A DNA stretch of 64,000 bases from Hydrolagus affinis (Eukaryota): contig JAAILG010000768.1 of NCBI GenBank assembly GCA_012026655.1, positions 1 to 64,000 on the forward strand. Direction: 5' to 3'. The position numbers were made by a program, and so were the translations under genes. Each line of letters begins with the position of its first letter. Within the stretch, counting starts at the first letter, position 1. The notes beneath the pieces are model-generated. The model saw only the letters and a list, made by a program, of their open reading frames with translations, had not been told where the DNA came from and made no database searches. Shown here one piece after another: positions 36,609-48,510 of the stretch.

Positions 36609-39600
36609 TATAAGAAAAGAGCATAAGAAGGAGGGATGTTCTTTTGAGTAAAGGGGAGAAAAATGAATTATCAAAAAAAGTGGCGTGTCTGTGATAAGCT
36701 GATGCACATATTTTATTATCAACTTCAGATGTATACTGTATTAGCCTTGCTAAGAATCTCAAACCACAAGTACAGGATGTGTACAGGACATTAGAAAATA
36801 GTAAAAATTAGAAAATGTATGCATTCTTGTCAAGGTCAATTTACCTTATTCCAATCGGCCTCAACCTGAATGGGATAAGGTCTATATATCAAAAAATTGA
36901 AAAATAACAGAGTCGATTTATAGTGTACTAATTATCAATGAACTGAGAAACCTGCTTTTGATGTGTATGTAACAGATACAGCTTGTGAATTGACTGAATA
37001 TTCCTGGGTTTATTCTTTTAATGAGGTGATAAGATATAAATGGGAGCCAAAATGGGTGTCCTACCGACATTCACTTGGAGAAAGTTAGCTCTCATTCACT
37101 GATATCGCTGTCTGATAAGCTTACCTGCTATTTGTCCAGCTGTTAGGGCTTTGGTTTGCAGGGTTAACAGAGCTAAAACTGGGATGATTCCCTACCCCCG
37201 GTGACTGTTCCACCCTCTAGATCCTGCCGATGAGCCAGGCTGGTTGTGCTATCATCAACAGTACACTGAAATACTGCGGACCCTCCTGGCTCAGGAGCCA
37301 AACAATCGAGACCGCTACAGATGGTTGGCTCAATTCTGAGATTCCATGGCCAAACAGGTAAGCTTAGAGCCAGTTGAGCTCCAAGGAGACCATGTAAACA
37401 TAAAGTAACCATTTAACAGGGAATCTCAAACAATTTCATATTTCGTACTAGTGCTAATTAGCAGGAGGAATGTGTTATGGGAACACTGCAAATTTTACCC
37501 CTGTATCTCAAATAGGTCTTTCTGCAGCCATGAGTGAAAATCACTTTGCATTACAGTGCCTGCTGTTTCACAGTATAGTACAGACATCTTGTTAATCAAC
37601 AAAATGGAAAGTGCACTTTGAGAGTAAAAATGCCCTTTGGTAAATAAGTGAGCAGTCATTGCATTGATGTGTGGGTATGCGGTGACTAGGAGTCAACTGT
37701 GTGTTTCACACAATGGGTCAATAGGAGGGGTGTTGCAAATGATGTAAAACAATAGTCATCACAGTAAAAAATCCTCTTCACTCATGGCTCATATATAAGA
37801 CATTTTGTGTGTAATACTCCCATGATTCCTTTTTGTTTTGATATCTTTGGAAGTGCCAAAACACAATAAAATTATAGTGGTACAGTTTCTGAAAACACTG
37901 AATCCACTAAAATTGAAAATAAAGCACAAATATGTTAGGAAAGAACAGGTTCTATAACTAAATTCTATTGCTACAACTCAAGAAGTATACATTGCATTCT
38001 GTTTTATTGAATCTCTGTGAATCTGCAGTAACCTAATGCACAAATGACATTTTATGTGATCTTTGCTGCCTCAGTAGAATACTCATTCATTCACTTATCT
38101 CCTTCATTGTTATTGTACGAGTCTAGTTAAAATTCCCTGAAGATCACCTGCAGAAAAGCATTTAATTGGAATCTTTGTTTCAGCAATATTAAAAGAATCA
38201 ACAACTACATTTTTGTGACTGACAAACTGTCACTGTCTATGGCAGGTCCCTTCCAGATAGATCCAATCTCACCTCGCTGCATCACCTGCAAACTTCCTTC
38301 AAAAATGAAAAGGAACTGGCTGAATTGTGGCTCTCTTCCTCAGTTGACAAGTGCAAGCACCATCGCCATCTGTCCTTTTAACCCCTATTCTCTTTAGCCT
38401 CATCACAAACATCATAGGAGACAAAACAGCACACAACATGGTCACTTTCTTCCATTGCATCCTTGCCTTGCAGACACAAACAGCCCTCACTAATAAGTGT
38501 AATTATTTACCACACAATGGCTCCTGTTGCTGAAATACGAATAAAAACAGACAAGGAGCCAAGAAATAAAATTGGTATTGTGGAATGCTTTAATAACTTG
38601 AAAAGCGTAGCATAAACCTGGGAGCTAATCCTTTTACTGAACTGCCAAACCTTATAAATTCTAGCCAGAAGCAAGACACTAGGAATGAGTTGCTTTCCAG
38701 CTTTAGTGAACTGAAAAACAGAGATTCTACAGCTTGCTAGTGCCAACTGCAAAGCCTATCTTTCCATCCCCTGTACTTCAATCATTGTTCCTTGCTTTGC
38801 TTTTAAGTGGCGTCTGATCCTTTGCATTTTTGTATTTTCTTTCCTGTTCTGATGACTTGTTACATGGTCTTGTTTTTCATTATCTATAGTTACAATAACC
38901 AAATAAACTTTTGACATTTAACATTGATTAGCTTTATGTTTCATGTATCAAACTTGAACAGGATTTTAACCCCAGGAAATAAATGTCTTCCTATGTTGTA
39001 TATAAAACAAGTTCTACTTGCCCACTTCATAGTAAGGAACTTTTAATTTATTTTACCAGAAGAACTACACCACAACAGGTCATTTATTTCAGCACATTTT
39101 TGTCTCTGAAAAGAAACATCCACAGGCAAGAAATGTTCTCCTTTATCAGACTGTTATAAAAAGGGAACCTTTCCTGTAAAGATAAGGAGGCAATATGTAT
39201 TGCTATGACATAACCTTATTGAATTAAATTTTTATTGTTATCTCTGTACTCCCATTTCAAAGGAACAAAATGTCTAAGCTATTACAAAGTTAGGGAATGT
39301 CATAGCCAACATTAAGGGCAAACAAAATAAAAAGCAGACGACAACCGTTCAGAAAACAAGAGCACAAACGTAGCAAATTCTTTTAATGTCATGTTTTTCG
39401 ATCCTTTTTTTAATGGGAGACGAGATTGCTTTAAAAATATATGTAACTCATCCCGTGTGGTACAGCAAGTATTTGACAATTCATGTCATTGACCCATTTC
39501 TCAAGTTAACTTTTCATCAGGTGGTAAAAAGGATTGAAACCAGCATGAGATTATTTGGAACTAGCTCTAATGTTTGTGTATAGCAGGAGATTCTGCAAAA

Positions 39601-40285
39601 TCTCCTCAATCATTGCTGGCAATCAGTTCTCTACAACCTCAGCCTGAACTAAAACACTTTTGATTGAATGGTTTAGGAGCTGTTACAAAATGAACACAAA
39701 AGTTTTCAATTGCTGTGCCTTCTTTCAAGTGTATCAGCTTTCTTATAAAATGCTGCAGAGAATAAACATATATGGCAGGAAGCATTTGTTGTGCAAGCCA
39801 TGAAAGAAATTAATGACCAATAGTCCCATAAATACCTGATGTGAAGGATGAATATTTTGAATGAAAAATCTTTAGTTTTCATGGGTCAATCTTTATATGG
39901 CTTTCAGTATTCAGTTCATATACAGAAGCTTGCAGTACAAGACAAAGCATTGTCTTCTTTCCAGATTTGCAAAAGCTACATTTAAAGCCATTTTAACAAA
40001 CAGGGGAAAGTCAATGTCAGCATTCTTAACATTTTCCAACATGTCAATGAACATAAAGATAACTGTCATCAGTACTGTGGTTGGTTTAACTCCCCATGGA
40101 GACAGGAGTCTGCTGTAATTTATATGATTAAGGTAGTTTAAACTCAACAAAGGCACATTCATTATAGAACATATTAAATAAAAAATGCACTTTTGAAATT
40201 CTTCAAACATCAAGTGTACCAAGAGTTTGAGTGTGTAGGAATTTATATGTATTAATCAATATTTTATTCCAAATTCTGCACAAAT

Positions 40286-41281
40286 GGAGGCCTGTAGCTC
40301 AGTATTAGAGCATTTGCCTACAAGTGAGAGACCTGGGTTCAATTATAGGCAGGGCAAAACCTCGGCAAGTTTCCTTACTCCACATGCCTAATAATAATCC
40401 CCCCGAAAAATTGGTCATTTCAATCCACGACTGTTTCTGGGACACTGTTCTACAGCTTCCCCTCCCAAACCGCGGGGGATACGTTCCTGAAAACCTCCGC
40501 GGTTAGTAAAACCGCGGTTGGAAATACAGGGCCTTATGGGAAACATGGGGATAGGGGGAGTAAGTTTGCTTTTTCGCAGTTGAAAAATGCAGGGCCCTAT
40601 GGGAAACATGGGGATAGGGAGAGTAAGTTTGCGTTTCGTGGAACTAAACACAGAAAAAAACACATACACAGTTATAACATACGTGGGGATAGGGGAGTAA
40701 GTTTGGGCGCATTGACTGCCAGGATCTGCAGCAATTCACGAGGCTGTCTGACTGACTGATTGATCTACACACACAGACACACAGAGAGAGAGAGAGAGAG
40801 AGAGAAATCAATGGAGAAGGTGGTGTGGTGGGTGACATATTTGGGAGCATTGACTGCCAGGATCTGCAGACACAGAGAGACACAGACACAAAGAGACACA
40901 GACACAAAGAGAGAGAGAGAGAGAGAAATCCACGGAGATTTACCTTAATCCTAAGAGAGAAGCGACATCTTGCTGGTTGATTGCGACATCGTAACTGGTT
41001 CTTTGCGCCAGACGCTAGCGCGAAGCTGGTTGATGCAACTGGGTCCTAGCGCCAAACGCTAGTGTTAGTGTTAAACCCCGTGGATAAGCCAGGGTTAAGC
41101 AATAACCATTGCGTGGTTAGCAAGGGTTGTTGCATTTAGCAAACCGTGGATGCGTGAGTTTCGCGGTTGTTGAGGGCACGGTTGGAGCGGGGTACTCGTG
41201 CAGTATATTTTGTGAACAGCTTTGAGACATCTAGAAGACGTGAAAAGCACTATTTCAAATACAAGGATTATTATTATTATA
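40286..41281 (+). mobile_element. SINE interrupted by a Tigger-type element
   Basis: Head/body 40286-40450 and tail 41199-41281. Confidence 0.8.
40453..41198 (-). mobile_element. Non-autonomous Tigger/pogo-type element, copy 2 (inverted relative to copy 1)
   Basis: GGGGATACGTTCCTG, GGAAATACAGGGCC, the ~62-bp duplication and AAACCGTGGATGCGTGAGTTTCG are reverse complements of copy 1; termini degenerate. Confidence 0.8.
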
Positions 41282-41356
41282 TGTTCCTGGTATCTCACAC
41301 AGCAAGACAAGACCGAATGTGTTTGGACTTCTTTTGGCTCCCTGATTAGCTCATAT

Positions 41357-41885
41357 CATAGAATCATAGAATTATACAGCACAGGAGAAGGCCCTTCAGA
41401 CCAGAGCTGTCCAAATCAATCTCTCTACCCCCTCTCTCCCCCATAGCCCTGAAAAACCTGTCCTCCCCAAATAACTATCTATTTCGCTCTTAAAAGTTGT
41501 TATCAAATTAGCTTCAACCACCCTTTCAGGCAATGCATTCCAGATCCGAACAAATTTCTCCTCACCTCACTTGTTTTTTTTAACAACTATTTTGAGTCGG
41601 TGTCCTCGGGTTACCGACCCACACACCAGTGCAAATAGTTTACCCTTGTCATCCTATCACATCCCCTGATAATTTTAAAAACTTCTATTAAGTCTACTCT
41701 TAACCTTCTCTGCTCTGAGGAGAATAATCCTTGTTTCTCCGCAGCCTCTCCTGATAGCTGAAAGTCTCTCATTCCTGGTACATTCCCGGTAAATCTCCTT
41801 TGCGCCCTCTCCAATGCCTTGGCATCCTTCCTAAAGTATGGTGCCCCAGAAGTGAACACAGTACTACAACTGAGGACTAACCAAT
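41357..41885 (-). mobile_element. CR1 3' fragment
   Basis: (CATAGAAT)2 = reverse complement of the CR1 terminal ATTCTATG repeat; ORF 41611..41937 reads APYFRKDAKALERAQRRFT...EQRRLRVDLIEVFKII. Confidence 0.9.
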
Positions 41886-42299
41886 GTTTTATAAAGGTAT
41901 GAACAGCACTTTTCCCATTACCATTTTTTTTACACACTGATGTGGAGTTTCATTACAGCATCAAGTTCTCAATCGAATAACATCCTACATATTGACAGCA
42001 ACTGAGCTAATTTGCAGATGAGACTGAGATTTTAAATGGAATTGAATAGTTCTCAGCCTTGTCTGCAAATAAAGTGATGCCTTCAGTAACACAGTGTGTT
42101 ACTGAAGGCGTCACGATATTCATTATAAATCAAGTGCACTAATTGCAGCAATGAGAGAGATTGTGTAATGCACTGTATAGTGCCTTTGGTGGTCTAATGG
42201 TGAGTCAGTTGGTGGGGCGATGGTGTTGCAGCAGGCATTGAACTGTTCCTTCACCTTAGTGAATTGTATGTGACATTTTGTCTGCTATCCTTCACAATT

Positions 42300-42444
42300 A
42301 TAAAATACTGTAGTAAGTTATCAAAACTCTTCACTGCCAGAATTTTCCACGTCCTGTTTTCAGCTGTTGGTGCTCAACAGCTGAAAACAGGACGTGGAAA
42401 ATTCTGGCAGTGAAGAGTTTTGATAACTTACTACAGTATTTTAT
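42300..42444. repeat. Perfect 70-bp inverted repeat with 5-nt spacer
   Basis: Arm 42300-42369 is the exact reverse complement of 42375-42444; spacer GTGCT (checked base by base). Confidence 0.97.
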
Positions 42445-43529
42445 CTGCAGGATGTAGCAAGTATATTTGGGTGTATCTGCAGAATGCAGCACCTTTAAAC
42501 AAGCTGAGCTAAAAGCAGACCATACATTCTTATAACATATGATTGTGTTCTGAATAATAATCATGGTTAGTCTGGGGTAGAACTTAAGTTGAATTATAAT
42601 TTGTCACCAAACTCATGTCAATTTTGATATTTCTTTTCCTACTCTGTCCATTTGTCTATTATCAGTTTCAGTTTGATACACACATGTAAACCCATATACT
42701 GTACATCTATATACAAATATACATATAGGTAATTTTGTTCCCCTTGTCCTGCCCTACCATTGCCATTTCCTCTAGCCTCAGATTCTTACCCACTCCTCTC
42801 ATTTATAAACTTGGGCACAATCTTCCGCTCCACATTGAGCAACTGTCATTTCAACTATCCCAAATACCTCCACCTTGGTCTCTCCGTTCATTTCCAAAAG
42901 CCATCTAAAAATCTGTCTCTTGATCGTGTTTTCCATCAACTCTCTCTCAGTGCCCATGCCCACACTTTCCCATTAGCTCAGGTTTCTGATCTTTCTCTGT
43001 AAAGTGTTTGAAATCTTTGTGAAAGATGGTGCAAAAGTGTAATTCGTTGTTGTAAATAAAAAAGCACATATTAATCATTAATTTGTCTTTGCAGTGCCCA
43101 TCGTATCCTAACAAAATCCATAAAGGTGTCTGTCTGTTACCAATGGATGGTTTCCAATTATCACCATCTTCACAAGAGCAGCCAATACCACTGGGGATAG
43201 CGGTAATGTTGCATTTATATGTAGGTGATGACATTTGTTTTGCACGGTTTTAGGTAGCGAGGAATAGTCAATAAGTACTACTTTTTATTCTGAAAAAATC
43301 ACACCTTTTCCAGAATGTTTTGAATAGCTACTGTAAGATAATACGTACAAAGGTACTATAAAAACTTCATTGCCTCCATACAGTGAATCAAATTTGAGTA
43401 TGAGTGTTCACCAAACTAGTAAATATTGTGTGCTCTCAAATAGTCATTGCAATTTACAGCAATTGTCCATGAAGCATTTTGGCATAAATATCTCAGTTAG
43501 GAAGCCAGAATAGTACTGGCCTCATCATT

Positions 43530-43950
43530 AAAAATAATCTTACATTTGATACAGTGCCTTATCATATTGGAAAGCGCTTCAATTTTCTGTAAAGTGTAGT
43601 GCATTTGTAGGCAAATGTGGTAGCAAATTTGTGTCCTGTCTGTGTACTATAACATCTCAGAAACTGCCAGAAAGTGAATAATGATTTGAACTGAAAGATT
43701 ATTGGTCAGAACACAGGAAAAAGCTCTCCTCTCTTTTCAAATAGTGCCATTTTTAAAAATGAAAGACGGAATAGGCAGCCAAACTCAATTTACCATCTCA
43801 TCCAAAGATTAATGCCTCCAACGACACAGTGTTCCCCAAACACTACACTGGAGTGTCAACCTAGACCATGAACTCCAAGTCCCCAACACAATCTTGAACT
43901 TACAACCTTCTGACTAGAGGCAATTGTGCTACCTACAAATTAAGCCATGC
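43530..43950 (-). mobile_element. Old SacSINE1-like SINE remnant
   Basis: Tail AATAATCTTACATTTGATACAGTGCC; TCTCATCCAAAGA; head TTGAACTTACAACCTTCTGACTAGAGGC. Confidence 0.55.
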
Positions 43951-45077
43951 AGATGCTTGACTGTTACTCAACAGTACCAGCCTGATATATCATTTACCTT
44001 TAGTTTGGATGGAGATATGGGAAGGAGCTATGTGTTCAGATTTCAATTCTTAAAAGCTTAATTCAGCCAAAGAGAGCAATTATTTTCAAATATTCTCCAA
44101 ATTAGTTCCCCAATACTATTATTAAATGCTAGCCATGCTGTATAAATGCTAGATATCAGAAAAAGTGCATGAGATGCCCACCTTTTTCTATTAAGAGGGT
44201 AACGAACAACACACTATGCTTCTTCAATGCCACAATTCTACACCTCATATAATAAGCCAGGTGAGTCTAGTCGAGATGCCTTGAATCGTCGGAAATGTAG
44301 CCTTTCGTTCACAAAATATACAGTCAATTCTTTTTACAGTAATATTCTGTGAAGTGCTCATGAGATGTCTCTAAAATGTGATAAGACACTATATCGAATG
44401 CAAGGATTATTATGATAACCTGCGCTGTATACGCACTTAGCGACTGCCAATGACTAATTACCACATGCACACTTACAGGTTTCATTAAATTACAGATGTG
44501 CAGTATAGATTATTGATTTTCTATGACTCCTGTAGTTTGCCTGCAACTCAGACTCTGTGTCAGTCATATTAAAGGTTATGGTACTGACTCATACGAATTA
44601 CGTGAGCTTTACTGTACCACTTATTGATTCCTAAAATAGACATATTAATGGTTTGTATCTGTCTCCTTTTTTCATCCTGATACATCCCTGATATCAGTAG
44701 CTCTGACGATATAATGCCACGTTGGCAATTTCAAGGAGTTGAACATTTCTAGTGAAAGAAGGATACGGAAAAGAGTATAATATGGTTCAAATGTATACAA
44801 TGGTAATGTATTGATTTAGAATGTATCAGATGGAACAGAGGCCCAGCAAAGATCTCAAAGCTAACCACCAACTACTGGGAAGTTGTGTGATGAATATTAT
44901 AAACTCAGCTTAAATACATTTTGGAAAGTTACATAAAGCAGTATTTTGTGTGCACTGAAAACTGGAGCACATTAGTTAGCCCAGGAAGATCAGAATCTAT
45001 CAGTGATGCTGGCAGGCTAGGGTTAATTTCCTCCTCATGGTTCAAGCCATGTAATTTAAAGTAGGCAATTTAAAACA

Positions 45078-45225
45078 TGCATTTTAATTCACTACACACT
45101 GTTTTACGCTGTGCATTTATTTCAGGACACAGAGTTCACACTGTGCATGTTAACTCAGGACATACAATTTACACATTGTATGTTAACTCAGGAGGCACAT
45201 TTCACACTGCGCATTTTAATTCAGA
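45078..45225 (+). repeat. Degenerate ~33-bp minisatellite, ~4.5 units
   Basis: Unit ~TGCATGTTAACTCAGGACACAGAGTTCACACTG at 45078, 45112, 45144, 45177 and 45210. Confidence 0.8.
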
Positions 45226-45809
45226 ATACCTGTAAATCTGGCAGTAAACCGAATCAGCAGCTGTCATACAAACAGGATATCAGAGGCACCCAAATGATAA
45301 TTTGGTCAGGGCTGCATGGATGCCAAGAGCTAGTCAAGTGAACTGAAGCGATCTAATAAATTCCTGGACTTGAAAGAGGGCAGTATTTGACATATTGTGT
45401 GTGCTGGTTGTTGAATAAAAGAATACTACATCACTTTAATATATTAAAAAAAACTAGTGATAAATGTTCAGGTGAAAGGCAAACTAATCAATGAGGAGAT
45501 GTACATATAAGGTTGTGAGAAGCTGCTACTGTCTGTAAGATACAAAACTACCATCAACTGCCCACTTGGTCATTCGCCTGGTCTATATCTGTACATTGCC
45601 GTTTCTTATAGGGCAGACGTATGAGCTGCTGGGCTATGAGATAATGAAGCTCTAATGAGCTTGCCTTGCCAATGAAAAACATGCCATAAGACAGAGTTAC
45701 CAGGCACTGTGGGGAATATACTGTGTGATGTCTGCTAAGCCCCACCTTCTGTGCTGCTATTTCCCTTGTAAACAGCTATCTAGTTCTTCAAGTATTCTGA
45801 TAGCCAAGT

Positions 45810-46370
45810 GGTTTGTGTAAACTGCACTCTCTCTGGCACAGCCTTCTGCTTCTCACATATTCATCCTTCGGATGAGATGTTAAACCAAGGTCCCATCTGC
45901 CTGTTCAGGTGGATGTTAAAGATCCTGTTACACTGTTCAAAAAGTAGAGGGAGTTTTTCTCAGGGTCCTGCCAACAAGCCCCCAAATAAAATTAATCACC
46001 CACACTATGGCTGTTTGGGGGAAATTGTTGTGCGCAACTGACCCGTTGCATTTCACCCGTAAAATAGTCAAACCACTTTACAGTATATTCGGTGAAATGC
46101 TTTGAAACGTCTCAACATATGGCACTGTATGAAATACAATGATTATTATTATTGTATAATAATCCTTGCATTTGATATAGTGCCTTATTACACCTTTGAA
46201 GTGCTTCACAGGATATAATGTAAAGTTTAGTGACTGTGTGTTTTGTGGGAGGACAGCAGTATGGATTAAGTAACCAAATTTTTATTATTATATAGTAATA
46301 TTAGATGTTGATAAGACGTGAAAAGCGCTATATCAAGTGTAAGGATTATTATATTATTATTATTATTTCC
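45810..46370. mobile_element. Cluster of SINE remnants: Deu SINE (+) 45810-46152, tail (-) 46157-46290, tail (+) 46300-46367
   Basis: CTTCGGATGAGATGTTAAACCAAGGTCCCATCTGCC...CAGGTGGATGTTAAAGATCC (AmnSINE1/SacSINE1-type Deu region) plus head-to-head family tails. Confidence 0.65.
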
Positions 46371-48225
46371 AGCATTCTTTAATGGTCCATCCATTTCACC
46401 AAACACAACGTATTGTATCCCCTAATTACCCAGTAGATAGGCTTGTTTGAATCTTGTTGCTATTTTGTTTGCATATCACCATGGTAAAAGCAAGCCTTTC
46501 ATTGGAAACCAGAGAATAGGGACTTCCACAGCTCAATACTTGCTCTTTCACTTAATTTGTCAGTAAGAAAATTTTAATTGCAAACTTTGTTTTACCTAGT
46601 TTGTTCATTAAATTCTCCTAAAAAAACTTCTCTTTTCCATTCTAAATACTATAAATAGCATTTATAGTGATTCGTGATGAAGACTACAAACAATAGATTC
46701 ACATTGTAAATGAATAGTGATCTGTTCTTCCTACAATACAGAATACACATTTTACACTTTTCATTTTTTCTCAGAGGAATTTGCTTCCACCTTTGTATTT
46801 TGGATGCACGGTTTCATGGAGGTAAAATTGCAGCAGCCATTTGTGCCAGCAAGGTCCTGCAAATAACCATGAGATGAAACTCAAATTATTTTGGAATATT
46901 ATAGGCCAGGATACATGGAGAAACTGTTTGTCTTTTTGAACTGTTATGAGATCATAAATGTCTCGCTGAAAATATCCAGATACAAACCCAGTTTAATGTC
47001 TCATCCAAAATAGATTACCCCAGACAATGCAGTATTCCTTCCAATTTCACGTTTGTGAAATATGTCATATTAAAGTAATATTCGAAAGAAAAATACATTA
47101 CAGGTAACTACAAAATGTGTATGTGATTTCAACAAGAGATAAAATGTATTTTCATGTGGTTAATTTGGAGATAAACTTGGTGAACTAACATCATTGTGTT
47201 TAATGAATTGGCTTTGTACAGATGAATAACTGCTTAACGTGTTATGCTCTGATCAGGATTATCTTTGGGTAAGGATTTTTATAAACTGCAGATCGAGAAG
47301 ATGGGCAATTTGCAAACTGTTGTTCCACAGCTCAGTCAATTATCCATCCAAAACACAAATGTTTACACACAAATAACTGGACCTAAAAAGTAGTGATTTC
47401 CAGGTACATAGTTTGATCACATTCAAGTTGTGTGAATATTAAACATACGACTATTCGGGATAACATGTTAATCTGAAACAGGATGCGTGGATTATTTAAG
47501 TGATGTGCTTACATTAAGCACATTCACTCCTGTCGTATGCATCACAATAGGACTGAATGGGAAAGTGGTTTGATAAACTGGAATTATATGCATGCATCTT
47601 GGTCAAATTTATCAGCAGTCAATAGTACATCATATGTGGCCGATATAATTTCCATTTAGTTAATTTTACAACCAGCAATGAAAACGAAAAAAAAATCCAG
47701 CTGTATCCATGCTGCAGGAATCCGTTCGTCGTCTTTACTGTCCTGTAAGTGCCAACTCCCCTCCTTCACCATCAAACATTATTATCAGTCTCCACCAATT
47801 CCCTAATGCCATTGACACAGCAGATGTGATTTGATAAATTTACATCCCAAGTGAATTTAATTGTCCTCGTATTTATCTTGGCAACTTCACTGGGGTTTAG
47901 CCGCTCAGTATCGACAAAACTTGCAGGGTCTCGAAACAGACTATCGGAGTTTTATTTGAGATATTTTTGCATCAACGGTATTTGTGTGGAAGCCAAGGAC
48001 CGCCAGCTATTTACTCAACAAGCCAAATATAGATATTAATCAGTGACAAGGAGACCAATGTGAGACAGAAACTGTCTGTAGAGAGAAAATATGTCTCTAA
48101 CCTTCTATCTTCACAAACAACAGGAACCAGCAAATGAAATGTCTGCTTTAGAACTCCTGACTGAACAAGCTAACGCTGACAGTGTGCTATATGTAGTGTA
48201 TCGGTGTGGAGAGTGAAAGACATGA

Positions 48226-48510
48226 CAATGGCAAATTACATTTATATAGTTTCTTTCAAGTCAGGAGGACGTCCCAAGATACTGGATAATCAGCGATTTG
48301 ACTCAAGCAAGGGGTTTATGATTAGGAGTGGTGGAGAGCAGGTAGGTTTAGGAGGGTAACTAAGGGTATACTCAAAGAGGAGGGTCTTAAAAGGGGCGTT
48401 GATGGAGGCAAGCGAGGGAGCGAGATGAAGGGACTGTGGATGGATTTCAAAATGATGGGAGCTCAGAGGTGGAAGGTTCGACCACTGATGGTGCTGTGGG
48501 CAGGAGCCTG
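48226..48510 (-). mobile_element. L2 3' fragment
   Basis: AAATTACATTTATATAG tail, GGACGTCCCAAG, antisense of FKTLLF. Confidence 0.75.
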
